Source: Isurus oxyrinchus
Taxonomy: Eukaryota
NCBI GenBank assembly: GCA_026770705.1
Contig: JANJGN010000034.1
Location: forward strand, 4,340,001 to 4,404,000
DNA length: 64,000 nt
Direction: 5' to 3'
Shown: positions 11,621 through 24,629 of the stretch, in pieces
Numbering within the stretch: the stretch's first letter is position 1
How the letters are laid out: each line of letters begins with the position of its first letter
Program-made: the position numbers and the translations under genes
Notes under the pieces: model-generated
The model's input: only the letters and a program-made list of their open reading frames with translations
What the model was told of the DNA's origin: nothing
Database searches by the model: none

Positions 11621-12487
11621 AAAAACTTTTAGGGCTTGGTTACTGATGAAAAAGTAGGCAAAAGGGAAAGAGTTTAATGATGTGCAATATTAAGGTAAAC
11701 TTGGCAAAGAACTCGTGTTTCACAGATATTTACAAGTCTGCTTTTGACGCCAACATCTAAAAATCCAAGCAAAAGTAGATTTGTCACTGAATACTAAAGC
11801 AGAAATATGACATAGTCGGCAGGAGACGGCAACATATTTGTTCAGGTAGGCAAGAATGATCATAATATAAACCAATTGAAAATGCCATTGCAGAGGGGCG
11901 CTTGGAAGGACAAAATCGGACCAATAATTTGAAGAAAAAGTTTTCTATTGGCTCAACTTGAAGCTTAACGAAATAACTGAATGAACAGAATGGCAAACAA
12001 CGATTTAGAGATTATTGTAAGGTGAACAGTTGAATGGTATGCAGGAGCATGCCGTAAAATATATTCCACTAACAGGAAATAAAGCTAACCAATCACAAGA
12101 ATCTATTGATGCATCAAATCAGAAGAGATGGTTAAATAGTAGGAAACAGGCATCGAAGGCATGATCGGAGAGACTATGCAGAGATTAGGTTAGAAACATG
12201 CGGACCTTAGCTGTATTGGTGCTCAGTGACTAACTTTCCTCCACAAATCTCCCAGTACCTCCTCCATTGTCTCTTCTCTTTTTTTCTAAAAACTTATCTC
12301 TTTTGATTCCAAGATCAAATATCTCCTTATTTTGCAGAATGCCAATGTCGGTTTCATCAGGCCATGGTGGCATTTGCATCGTTATTATAGCCGATTAAAG
12401 TAGCTGCATTGATGCTAGTTTTTATGCAGGTAATTAATTTTAAAGTGCGTAAAAAGTGCTTCAAAAATTGATTTTTTTTTTTTGCAG

Positions 12488-12514
12488 CCGGGAATGCATG
12501 CAATGCAACCTCAG
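12488..12514 (+). CDS. 27-nt microexon homolog, array unit 1 (x)GNACNATS; non-canonical GC donor, possibly pseudo
   Basis: Acceptor poly-T gcag, donor AG|gcaatc, open frame. Confidence 0.4.
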
Positions 12515-13788
12515 GCAATCGGCCGTTTAATCGTTTTTTCACAACTTTTTGCTGAAAACATGCCTGTAATTACAGAACAATGGACTGATAAAGGAAATGG
12601 CAAAATCGTACATGACTAGTACACAAGATAGCTTTTAATTAGATTAACCAAGCGTGCATACTTCATTGGATGTTTTGAACTTCCTTTTAAAAAAAAATGA
12701 CGTTTATTGCAGTTAGTTAATATCTTCAGTCTGTTTGAACCGATGTTTCAAATGCTGAGCTATAAAATTTGCTCTTAGCCAAATGCCAAACAAACAACAA
12801 GCTAACATCTGGAGTTAGATCAGATATGATCTCATTTGATGACAGAACATGATCGAAGGGAGAATCACCCACTATACTGTCAATACTATGCATCCCAGTC
12901 AACTGAAAAATAGATCTTCATGTTGGAATTTCACTAATAACAAATTATTACTATTATTTTAAAAGTTTATGGGCAATTTTATTATTTTTACTATTATTAT
13001 TAATAACATTAATAATTATAATAATAATCATCATCTGAATCATGACCATCATCAATATAATCACAATAATCATTACAATTTTAATATTACTTAGACTTAA
13101 TGGTTATTATTAGACAAATACTTTAAAGGACTCGATGAAAATTGGGGTATCTGGAGTGGTTTAAACATGTTCACCTTGGTTAATGGAATATGTTCGAAGG
13201 GGATATATTTCTAACTACTTTTCACATGCTCCTATTGATACTTGCATCCAGGTCCATAACTTAAGCCAAGTAGCGCCGTAATTCTCTGACTGATTGAAAA
13301 TCTGGGTGTACGTTAGCTGCATTGGTGCACAGCTTTCAAATTTCCCCCCTCAACAAGCAGGCCTCTGAACCACTGCTTCTTTATTTCAATCGATAAACCC
13401 ACCTGTTTACTCTTCTCAGCAATCAAATGAAGTAAATTAAAGGAAACGAGGGAAATGGTAAACAAAAAACAATCTGTTAACCCATCACTTTAGTGAAGCT
13501 TCTGATTACCAGACCAATTATCCCGTTACGTCGTGTGGTCAATATAGCTTTCATAAGGCTGCAATGATGTGTGTTTGGGTTTTTCACCTCATTGATTCCT
13601 TGCATGAGTTTTTTTTTTTATTGGTCAGGAACGTGAACTTCACTAGTTAAGCATTTATTGTCCATGCCAGATGCTTTTTGACACGGCACTAATGCCTTCT
13701 TGATCCGTTGCTCTCTACTGTCCATTGGTCAACAGGAAATATTTTTATTAGAAGAATAAATGCTTCAAATGTTTAACTTTGCCTGCAG

Positions 13789-13815
13789 TAGGGGCTACTC
13801 CTAAAACAACCTCAG
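13789..13815 (+). CDS. 27-nt microexon, array unit 2 (V)GATPKTTS
   Basis: Acceptor tttaactttgcctgcag, weak donor AG|gttcga, open frame. Confidence 0.5.
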
Positions 13816-15389
13816 GTTCGAATAAACATGTTTTGCAGTTATTATATTGACGAAAGTTTGTATTTTCAGTAGTGCATTGAAAATAACTATAGACTGATAC
13901 ACGATATGAGGAAGTAATACTGTTTTCGAGCAAACGGCTGCTTTCACTTAGAGCTATCCAGATTCAATTACGTCTTTGGATGTTGCGTAGAAACATAGAA
14001 CTGAGAGCACAAGTATGTCATGCCACCCGCCATGACTGATCCGTCTTTTAAATTGATAATGTTTAATATTTTTTCTCAAGGAGGTACTCGTGTTACCTTC
14101 CCATACCCCGAGACGACTTTGGAGTCCAGAGATCTATCTATCCATGTCTATATTTTTGAAATTGGTCTGTTTTTCACATCTGCACATATTATGAATTTAC
14201 TGTCGTGCATTGAAAAGAAGATAGACCGATATTGGGCAGGAGGAAGTCATGCTGATTTTACACATTCACTTTGAGCTATACAAACACATTTAGCCTTTGA
14301 GCGTTACTTTTAACAGAGTTAATAAGTGCATGAATAGGTATGTCGAAAGTTAGAGCCTACTCTGCCCTTAAAAGTGGTGATGTTTCATATTTTATGTCAA
14401 CGCCATATGCACACCCTCTCGAAATACCCCTAGATATTTAGAGGCTAGACATCTATGTATCAATTTCCATGTTGTGGTAATCTGGAACATCTCATTCGAT
14501 GGTGAACAAAATCGATAGTTCAAAATGATAACTTTTTTATGTTTTTATGGATAAATGTATTCAGGCCATTAACACATGCTAAATAGTGTTGTAGACATTA
14601 TGCTTCACTGGTTAACACCTCATTATACTGGAATAAAAGCAAGGGAGATAATAATAATAATTAATAATAATAACTGTAATAACAAAAATACCGAGATTTA
14701 GAGGTAGTTATTAGCGCATCCATTTAAATGACATGAGAAAAATGCTGGCATCTACAGTTTCATAACGCATAATTTCGATGGAAAATGGAACATGATCGAA
14801 GAGCTAAATTTTCAACTATGTTCCTGAAGGTATTTGCAACCAGCTCAATAATTTATACCAAGTAGAACAGTGGTCATATTACAGCTTGGTATTTTTTTCT
14901 TGTATCTGACCTGCATTGATGCTCAGCTTTTAAATTTCCTCCATGAACATTCTTTTCAAGCCCCTGTTTCTCTTTTTCTTCCTTTCAATTCATAATCTGT
15001 ACTCTTCAATGTTTTGAGCAACTAAAGAAGATAAGTTATATAAAACGAGGGATGAAGTAAGTAGCAGCCCCGAAACCCGCCTCTTCCAAATATTCCGATT
15101 AGCTGACCAGTTATTCCTTTATGTTATGCCATCCCAATAGTGGTTTCAAAATGCTGTGATTGCATGACTTTGGACGTTTCAATCCATTCTTCGTTTTATT
15201 TTTATGTTTTTTTTTCTTTTTTGTTCACGTCCCTAGGACAGCATTTATTGCCCATCATGATTTTTTTTTTTGACAAGTTGGAATTAAAGCTGCATTCGTG
15301 AATCGTTTCAATCCAATGATGGTTGTTGCATAGGCAATATATTTCGACTTTTTAAAACAAACTCTTCAAAAATGAATCTTTGTCTACAG

Positions 15390-15416
15390 CACGGAGCACA
15401 TGTAAAGCAGCCTCAG
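15390..15416 (+). CDS. 27-nt microexon, array unit 3 (A)RSTCKAAS
   Basis: Acceptor tctttgtctacag, donor AG|gtacta, open frame. Confidence 0.6.
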
Positions 15417-16837
15417 GTACTAGACATTTAATAACATGTTTTACACTTATTACACTGAAGAATGTTTGAATTTACTGCATGCATTCAAGAGGCGATGAAC
15501 TGATGCGGGGGAGGGGTGAAGTGATGCTGCTTTGATTAGAGTTTACCAAACAGATTTACCTCTTTGGGTGTAAAAAAGCAACAAATGAAAATATAAGGGC
15601 ACAAGTAGGTCATTTGACCCTTCGAGCCTGCTCCGCCCTTCAATGTGATCGTAGATGATATTTTACCTCAATGCCATTCTCCCGCTCTCTCTCCATGACT
15701 GTAGACGCATTTGCAAATAAGAAATCTATCTATCCATTTCCATGATTTCGAAATGGCTATTATTTGCACATCGTGCACATGTCCAATAGTCCTACATCTG
15801 TTAAAAAAATGCATTATTTAACACGGAGGTTTATAACCTTTGATAGTTTGGTGCTTCTAAGTTCACACATAAAATGTTGGCATCTATAATCACATCAGCC
15901 ATGATCTCATTGGATGGCGAAACGTAATCGAGATGATAACATTCTGACTGTTTTTGCAATTTTCCTTTGGATAAATAATTTCAGGCAAATCACATATACC
16001 AAATTGAACCTTGGATAATATAACTCACTGTTAATATTTCATTATGTGGAATTAATGGCAGCAACAACTTCATTAATACTAAAATAATAATGTTATAATA
16101 AAAAAGTGTAAATAATAATGGTAGCAATAATAATAATAGTACGAGATTTAAATGATATTATTAGCCTAATACTTCAAATGATACGAATCAAGTGCTGGTC
16201 TCAGAAAGTTCATTAGCATTGAATTCGTTGACTAACGGAACTTGCTCGAGGAGATACATTTCCAATTAGTGCCCGTATGCTCCTATGGATATTTGTGTCC
16301 AGCTCTTCAGCTTATATCAAGTAGACTCGCAGATCTATTAGAGATTGTGACATCTATTTTATCTTACCTTCATTGCTGCTGAGAATTCACATGTCCTCCC
16401 TTAAAATCTTAGCCTCTGATGCACTGTCTCTTCCTTTCAATCCGAATACCCACCTGTTTACTCTTTTGAGAAACAACATATGCTAAAGATTCACGAGGGA
16501 CAAATAAGGAACAGCCCTTTAGCCGACACCTTCACTGAAGCTTCCGATTACCAGGTCAGTTTTCTCATTGTCTTGTGAAACCCAATATCAGTTTTAATAG
16601 CCTGTCATGATATGTTTTTGGGCGTTTCACACAATCATTCGCTGCATTTTTTTTTTACCTTTTTTGGTCACGGAACTTGAGGGTCGGTGGGCCAGCATTT
16701 ATTTTCCATCCCATATTGTTATTGAATATTTGGTGATGAGTTGTCTTCTTTAAATACTGTTGCCCAATGTTTATAGTTGTATAGGCAACTTATTTAAAAG
16801 AAAAATAAATGCTTGGAAAAAATGTTTTTGTCTGCAG

Positions 16838-16864
16838 CAGGGGAAACACGTAAAGCAACCACAG
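16838..16864 (+). CDS. 27-nt microexon, array unit 4 (A)GETRKATT
   Basis: Acceptor tgtttttgtctgcag (tandem CAGCAG), donor AG|gtacca, open frame. Confidence 0.6.
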
Positions 16865-17559
16865 GTACCAGATCTTTAAATCATGCTTTACACTTGTTAT
16901 TCTAAAAAAAAATGCTTGGATTTGCAGCGGTGCATTGGATGGACAATAGAATGGCATAGGACTCGAGGAAGTGGTGCTGGTTAGCTGCATGAGGCTGCTT
17001 TCACGTAGAGCTATTAAAATAGGTTTACCTATTCGGCTGTTACATAGAAGCATAGAAAATTGACGCACTAGTCGGTCATTCGACCATTCGGGCCTGCTCC
17101 ATCATTCAATATGATCATGATTAATACTTTATCTCAACCCTTATTCCCGCTGTCTCCTCATAAAACTTGGTGCCTTTAAAGATCAGAAAAATATTTATTA
17201 ATTTCTATGTTTTCGACTTATGTCTGTTATTGACATTGTTCACTGCCTAATCGGCTCTGTACTATCAAACTGGAATGATTGAAACACTGATTTAATGATT
17301 TGAGTTGGCACAAAGCATTTGAGAATTTGAAAAATTGCTGGAGTTACACAAGACCGGATTTCTTGGATGGCAGAACAAAATCGAGAGAAGAAAATTCTAA
17401 CCGGTTTTGCTATGTCCCCTTAGGTAACTGCATTCATGACATTAACAAATATCAAGCTTGTAGTGTCGAACAATCTTCAGTACCTTCAGAATGACATTTC
17501 TTCCAACATAATGTAGAAACTGGGTTTACCACTAATCAGAAACTGGACGAACCTTATAG

Positions 17560-18180
17560 TAAAGTGTCTAGAAGGACTGTTCACAGGCCTGGAACTCTGC
17601 GACGAGTAACTCACACCCTGACTCCCCAACACTTCTAGTGTATGTACAAGGCATAAGTCAAGATTGTGATATAATATTCTCAAGTGCACAGTGTGAGAGC
17701 AGTTCCAACAACTGTCTGCACAATGCACGGCAAAGCAGACTGCTTACGTTTGCACCACATCATAAATTCACTTCCCCCATCCCCCACCCAACCAAAGCGC
17801 AGCAGCAGTATGCAAATCAAGAAGTGCACTGCAGAATCTCAACAAGTCTCCTTAGAAAGCGCCTTGCAAAACCGGGCTGCTCCTATCTAAAAGAGAAAGG
17901 GCAAGAAACACATGGGAAGGCCAGCACTTTCAGTCACTCCCACAACCCCCTGCGCCTCTTCCCCTCATCTGAATCACCATCCTGGAATGGAAGCGTATCG
18001 TAGTTCCTTCGTCACGATCCTATAAGCCTTTCCCAAAATGTACTGCACCTATGCAAAGACACCAAACAGGCTGCATTGGGACAAGAAGGCACCTCACCAC
18101 AACTTTCTCAATTGCAGTTAGGGATGGGCAATAAATATTGGCCTAGCCAACGATGCTCACATGCCATGAATGAATAAAAC
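17560..18180 (+). mobile_element. L2/jockey-group LINE 3' end inserted in the tandem array
   Basis: LRRVTHTLTPQ..MYKA*V motif and tail ttagggatgggcaataaatattggcctagcc..gaatgaataaaa; same family as 22120-22830 and 63020-64000. Confidence 0.75.
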
Positions 18181-18995
18181 AAATCATAAAGTGATCTATA
18201 AAATGAGTGGAAATAGGGGATCAGTTTTCAAAAATGTATCTTCCTCCTTAGGTGGAGCAGTGCATAAACGGAAGCCAGGTAATGGAACATTTGACCATTA
18301 ATTTCTACAGATTTCGTATAGCTGCGTTATGTTTGTATTTGCAGTCGTGCACAGTTAGGCCGATGGACTAATGCATTGAAACAAAAAAACAATACAGTAT
18401 ATACTGCATGAAGCTGTTTTTTTATGCAGAACTATTCAAACAAACTAACTTATGTTTTAGCTTTTGGATCTCCTAAATTTTGCTCATTGGATAGCTACCG
18501 TATATTCTTCCGATCATGACAGCTGAATATTTAATAACGAAATTAAATGCTATGACGGGTCAAATTACTTAGAAAATATGAACAAAATTCTGGTATCAGA
18601 ATGTAAATCAGCCATGATCCCATTGAATTGTGGAACATGATCGAGGAAATTTTAACTACTGTTAATACGGATATATGCACACTGATCTTCAATTTATACA
18701 ACATAAATCAATGTCTCTATTAATTTATCGGAGCTGGTTAGGTGCGCAGAGTTTAACTTACCTCCTTTAAAGTGCGAGTGAATCCTTTTAACCCAGAAAC
18801 AGCCCTCATTTTTGAACCTTCAGGTTACCAGGCCAATTATTCGCTTATGCTTTCCGGTGACAAGACCGGTTATAAAATAACATGGTGAGTTATGTTTGGC
18901 ATTATAACCAGTTGAAATGGCTGCATAAGTGCGGTTGAAAAACAAATAAATTTGAAATAAAAAAAAATGTTTTAATAACATATCTATGCTTGCAG

Positions 18996-19022
18996 CAGAG
19001 AAAGTTTGGAAAGCGACGACAG
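18996..19022 (+). CDS. 27-nt microexon, array unit 5 (A)EKVWKATT
   Basis: Acceptor tctatgcttgcag (tandem CAGCAG), donor AG|gtaacg, open frame. Confidence 0.65.
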
Positions 19023-19956
19023 GTAACGGACCACTTAATACTTTTCTTTCTTTTGAGAATTTGCTTCCAATTGCCGTCGTGCCGCGGTGGATCGATAGGT
19101 GGATACAGTACAGCAGGAAGTCACGCTGTTTTATTTTCCCTCCCTTGCAAGGCAGCTTTTAGATAGGACTTTCCAAGCAAAAGGAATTCAATTTATGTTT
19201 CCCAATCCCTCATTTGTCTCGCCAACAATTATCCGATAGTCTTCCAATTATTAAAATTCAATATTTTAGACTAGGATTAATAAGGCGTTGATTAGCCGAA
19301 TTCCTTAAAAACGCCAGAAATTCTTGGTATTTAGTATTGGATCAGTCATGATCTAATCGGATGGCATAATATGTCTGGGGGGATAAACCTCTAACTCCTG
19401 TTGTGATGTTCGTATAAATTTATTCATCCACGTAATTAGAGCCATTGTTCGATAATAGTTCATTTCAAAGTAACTCCTTATTTTGGACTAATACTTATAA
19501 TGATGGTAATGATAATAATAGATAAATTCCCCATTTAGCCCTGCTCAATTCGCTTGCTGTGCTAAGTATATGCTAAAGGCTGAAGGAAACGTACATGCTT
19601 AAGCCTGAAATGGAATACAACGCCATGGTGGATGGAGTGCTGTGGACTCTCCTTAGCACATTTATATTAATACGTAGGGTCATAATATGCATTGCCATCA
19701 GAATGAACAAAGGAGATAATACCATTGAAGTGTAGGTTATTCAACACTTCTGGCGTGTTTCCTCATTTACTTGATTAGAATTGACTGACATGGACCAACA
19801 GCTCTTCTACACAATTCAGACTGCTGTCTTACAAATAACATGGCTGCTACATATTTTTGAGAATTAAATCCGTCCTCCACTATCTTTTATGGAATGAAGC
19901 AATTAATGGGTTTTTCCTAATTTTGAGCTTTTGAAACCATGATCCGATCATGCCGC

Positions 19957-19998
19957 AACATCGTTATCTAGAGTCTAAACATCGTTATCTAGAGTCTA
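19957..19998. repeat. 21-bp perfect tandem duplication (aacatcgttatctagagtcta x2)
   Basis: Directly visible. Confidence 0.85.
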
Positions 19999-20648
19999 TC
20001 TACCAATTTGCATTGTTCAGGAAGCTGATGGCTTCCATGATTCTGTTTTCAAGTTACATTTTTTACTGAACATTCCATTTTTTTGGCTGGGTACTGGGAG
20101 GTTGAAGAGAATTGATTAAATCCAAATCAGAGTCACCAGCTTCTTGGTAATATGTGAGAACTAATTGGGCTCGCATAACAAGTTGAAGCACAGCAAATTT
20201 ATGCCACAGTGATTAAGTCTTTCAGCCCTCCGTACTACTCCTAAAAGGGGATATTGAACTTGGATTGCGTGGAGCATATATTCAGTGGTATGAAACTTGG
20301 TCTAAAAAAATTGAATCGTGAATGTAGGTGGCATGGCATATTGTCCATTGCTGCTGTGCAGTGCTTAGTAGAGTTGTTCAGATGACTAAAATGTTATTAT
20401 TGCACATGAAGATCGAGTAGATTATATAGTTTCAGCCGCAGGAAGGGACAGTTGATTAATCCGGCTGAATATCCTACTCTACTTTCTGTTTAAGTCAAAC
20501 ACATCTTATGTTATATGCGTATTCACCATGATTTGCAAATGATTTTGATACTGATTGACTAGCTTACCCGGAAACCACCGGGAAGATGATTCAAAAATTC
20601 CATTCCACCTAATTTTCAGCTATTTTTTGTTTTTATTTATTTTTGTAG

Positions 20649-20675
20649 AGCTTGATCGACTCTTCGAAGATCTTG
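20649..20675 (+). CDS. 27-nt microexon (E)LDRLFEDL
   Basis: Long T-rich acceptor ttttatttatttttgtag, donor TG|gtaagc, open, amphipathic; resembles 38734-38760. Confidence 0.85.
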
Positions 20676-22119
20676 GTAAGCACAGTATGTTTTGAATGTA
20701 ATATTTAGGCCTTCTCTAGCCAGGCGTATAACAGAACATAAAATAAAAAACTTGGTAATTTATATAACACAGAGTCTCTTGTTGTATTTTTCTGTTCCCT
20801 ACTGTTCGCAAAGGAAACGGTGCAGGCAACGCGTACTCAGGCCTGTCCGGGTTCTAGGTCTCAGCGGAACCAGTTGACAATTTTGAAAAACTTTGACTGT
20901 TAAATTTACGTGCATTAATCTCATTTCCAAGTCCTACATGGCAGCCCGTTCTTTTCTTCAATAATTGTGCTGCTCAAGTATTGTCGTGCTTAAATGCTGC
21001 TGCGCAGCTACTTATGGATTAAGTTAGCTTTTTCTCGTCACTGAAAATGGAAGGGGAATTTACATAGGGCTTGCATCACAGGACAAGCTTCTAGAAGAAG
21101 GTCGAAGGAGAGTTAAAAAAGTGCTCTAAGCGCAATGTCATTTCTGTGGAGTGTGTTCATGCAACACCTTTATTTGGGTTTCTGCCCTATCCATGAATTA
21201 AATGTTTACATTTCGCCAAACACAATATACCGAAAATATTTTAAAGACTGCAGCGAATCTGCAAAGTCAAGAAAGTAGTGCCAATGGATGTGAAGACGAC
21301 ATTGGCAGACGGACTTTTTACTTGAGATTTTCTGCATTGGCTTAGAAAGCTTAGATCACTTCTCGCAATTTGAAGGTCGTTTTCTTCCCAATGGAGGCCA
21401 ATGAGTCACTCAGCTTTAACTCAGTTCCTATTCCCGAATAGAAGTAGTGATACAGATGCGACGGTTGGCAGGAACTGAGAACATCACCACGATGGGCTTT
21501 GCATTGATGAAATAATCACTGTTTTGAGCACATCTCACGTGTGTTCGATGGGTTGTTTGAACTTTCAGGCATTCCGCTCCTTCAGTAAACAATGCTGTAC
21601 TATCACCGACTGCTGGTCAAGCAGCTCAATCTCAGTGTTCTCCACAACAAGCCTTATTTGGTATTTCAATGGGACATTTCGGTGTCGTGTTCTCTTCACC
21701 CACCAGAGCAAGAATGATTTATTGGTGGCGCACATCATGCCTCAGCTCCAGATCCCATACCATGTGCAGCAGCACAGTAAAGGGAGACATGCAGCTACTG
21801 AATGTCTGGTATAACAAACAATTGTCATTACCAATTAATGTCTCTTACATTTAGTTTTAAATCTCCAAAACTCAATTAAGCTAGACAGAAAATTTTGAGC
21901 GTCATGCAGCACGGCAAATAGTCTTTCCATCCTGACGACCTTCATTGCTACCACCAGCCAAGCTGAGATCCATGCGCCCAATATACAGTAGGTGGAGGAA
22001 GAAAATAATTTTAGGCTGCGATCTGGCACCGACCTTTGGTGCGGGCCGCACCTGAACAACACAAGCTTCAAGGATTCTAATAACACCAACTCCCATTCCT
22101 TTGTTTTAAGAAAAATATT

Positions 22120-22830
22120 CTTTCATGCAATTTGGTTACGCTGCTGGGCCAGTGTTTAGTGCCCATCCTTAATTGCCCTTGAGAAGGTGGTGGTGGCGAG
22201 CTGTATTGTTGAACAACTGCAGTCCTTGTGGTGTAGGTACAACCACAGTGCTGGAAGGAAGGGTGTTACAGGATTTCAACTCAGTGATACGGAAGGAACT
22301 GTGATATATTTCCAAGTCAGGAAGGTCAGTTATTTGCGGGCTAACTTCTGGCTGGTGGTGTTCCATTCTATCTTCTGCCCTTGTCCTTCTAGGTGGCAAT
22401 GGTCTTGGGTTTGGAAGATGCTGCCTAAGGAGACTTGGCAAATGCTTTGCAGTGCATCTTGTAGATAGTGCCAAGGTGCGTCGTTGCTGGAGGGACTGAA
22501 CCTTTGTGGATGTTGTGCTGAACAAGCGTGCTGATTTGTTCTGGACAGTGCCCATCTACTTCATTGTTGTAAGAGTTGCATCCTTCCAAGCAACTGGGGA
22601 GTACTCCATCACATTCAAGACTTGTGCCTTGTAGAATGTGGACAAGATTTGGGGGGCCAGGTGGTGCTTTAATCATCACTCGACCCCTAGCCTCTGACTT
22701 GCACTTGGAGCCACAGTATGTATATTGCTCTTCCAGTGTAGTTTATGCTCAATGGCAAACCCTAGGTCGTTGAAATTAGGGGGATCATTGACGGCATGGC
22801 CTTTGAACAGCAGTTCTGCAGTATTCACAA
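22120..22830 (-). mobile_element. L2/jockey-group LINE 3' end, degenerate
   Basis: Reverse complement carries HHLLKGN* plus the agggcaattaaggatgggc tail and the ORF-track peptide LPSLLRQHLPNPRPLPPRRTRA. Confidence 0.75.
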
Positions 22831-23262
22831 ACATATATTTTCTCCAGAGACAAACACACACAGTGCTAAGTTGTTGCCCGTTACCGACAAACACGATGGT
22901 TATTTCCTATGAAATGGAGAAAAGAAGCAAGATTAATGTTTTTTTTTACTCACAATAATTAAGTAAACCATGTGTGACTGTGCCTGTGTGCTCACAATTA
23001 ACTGCTCTTCCATATGAATTTCAATACAACAGCAATGTCGCAAACTGCTTCCGCAGTGCCTGGAGCAGGCATGTTTGAATGCTGCTGACTTTAAAGAGAT
23101 AAATTTGTAGGTTGCCTTGGAGGGCGAGTCCGACAACTGCTGAGAATGAATGCACGACTACATGTTTCAGTATCTCACTTTCTGTTTTAACAATTTGCGT
23201 TCTCTGGATGATTGCAAATGGAAATGTCAGTGTCGGGATCTTAGGCCTAGCAGGAACTTAAT

Positions 23263-23308
23263 AGGAGCTCTGACCAGTTTCAAGAGCTCTGACCAGTTTC
23301 AAGAGCTC
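23263..23308. repeat. About 19-bp tandem duplication (gagctctgaccagtttcaa x2)
   Basis: Directly visible. Confidence 0.8.
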
Positions 23309-23818
23309 TCGGTATGTTGTTGGAGACCAGATCGCGAGAAATGCGTACATTTATTGAAATACATTTCCATGCTGCTACCCAGATGCCAGACAGAAAAAAA
23401 GAAAAACATCTTAATTGCAGTAAATTATAACTGCATAATAACAACCTGAGCTGTCACTGCAGTGCCTAGTTGTTGATTGGATTGTACATGTGAAGCAATG
23501 GAATTGGATGAATCAGCTATTCGATGCTGCAACACCATGTTGATTAATCGTATGGACGATTCAGCCTTCTACTGCTTTCTGGTCCATGAAAATATTGTTC
23601 TGCGTGTGCTCAGCAATAATGACTAGCGGCCATTTTCCCCCATATAGAGCCATTTATTGTCGCTTTATAATTGCATGTAATTAAGTGCTACAATTTGCAT
23701 TCATATTTCGTTGAATTGTTTTTTGTTTCGAACGTTGTGACTGCAAAAACATTCAAAAATGTGATCATCTTAGATCCATCAGTATTAACAGAGCCCTTAA
23801 CTATTGGTATACTTGCAG

Positions 23819-23845
23819 CAAAATCACAGTTGGATAAAGATCAAG
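23819..23845 (+). CDS. 27-nt microexon (A)KSQLDKDQ
   Basis: Acceptor tatacttgcag with upstream cttaac branch-like motif, consensus donor AG|gtaagt, open. Confidence 0.8.
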
Positions 23846-24629
23846 GTAAGTTTCTCAAATGTGAACATATAAAATTACTGAGGTGCGGTTGAACACTATT
23901 CTATTGCGTTTGGTGGCATTCTGGAAATGATATCGGAGTGATATTGACCAACAACTACCACACAAAGGGCTGGAAATCAAATTAACACTTAATCCGGTCA
24001 TTCCAATATTTGGTTATTTTGATGTAAATGAAGCTTACATCTTGGGTGCAGGGGATTTACGGCGCATAATAAGGTACTTTGCCATTCAGCCTGTGTTTCA
24101 TTTCAGCCAGTTTAGTTTGGATTTTAAAGAACGTTTGAATGACTGGATTCTTAAATTCTTCGTGCGTCTGTATTTCAAGCGACATTTTTTGCTGATATTT
24201 TTTACACTGTGTCACGTTTTAGGCAATTTATGGTCACCTGTGCCTGAACCATGCTAGAGCCCCTTGTCAATTATGACGTTATTCATTCCTCGGATAATCA
24301 TCTGTGGAATACACTTCTCCACCTTAACTTCATATGTTGAATGCTGTGCGGAACTGTTCTCCAAACAGCAAATGAATGAAATTAATGGGTCAGAGCTTCG
24401 AAGCGTGGCATCACAGTTGGATTGCCAATTCAGCCCTCATACGTAAGCAGCAGATTTGTTGCCCAACCTCCTGTCTCGTGCCTGGTAAGAAATGTACAGT
24501 AGACCCGTTCCTCAGGCAATTCTGGACAGTGCAGCAGAGTCGGGAGCATAGGAAAGTACTCCATAATTTTAGCTCATTAATGTCCCTAATATAAGTCAAT
24601 TTTCTTCATGGCTCAGCAAAGTTGAGAAG

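Larger units (their letters stand above)
12100..19520 (+). repeat. Decayed tandem array of five exon-containing units (about 1.1, 1.6, 1.5 and 2.4 kb spacing)
   Basis: Recurring landmarks: gctg(c/t)attggtgc(t/a)cag-like at about 12210, 13315, 14910, 16367, 18732; ttc(t/c)gattaccagaccaatt-like at about 13500, 15093, 16543, 18819; AAT-rich tracts near 13000, 14650, 16090, 19500; one homologous 27-nt exon per unit. Confidence 0.85.

Noticed and set aside
12100-19520. CRISPR-like or satellite interpretation of the recurring motifs
   Set aside because: Units are kb-sized, diverged and contain splice signals and retroelement pieces; the window is eukaryotic and has no cas genes or short regular repeats.
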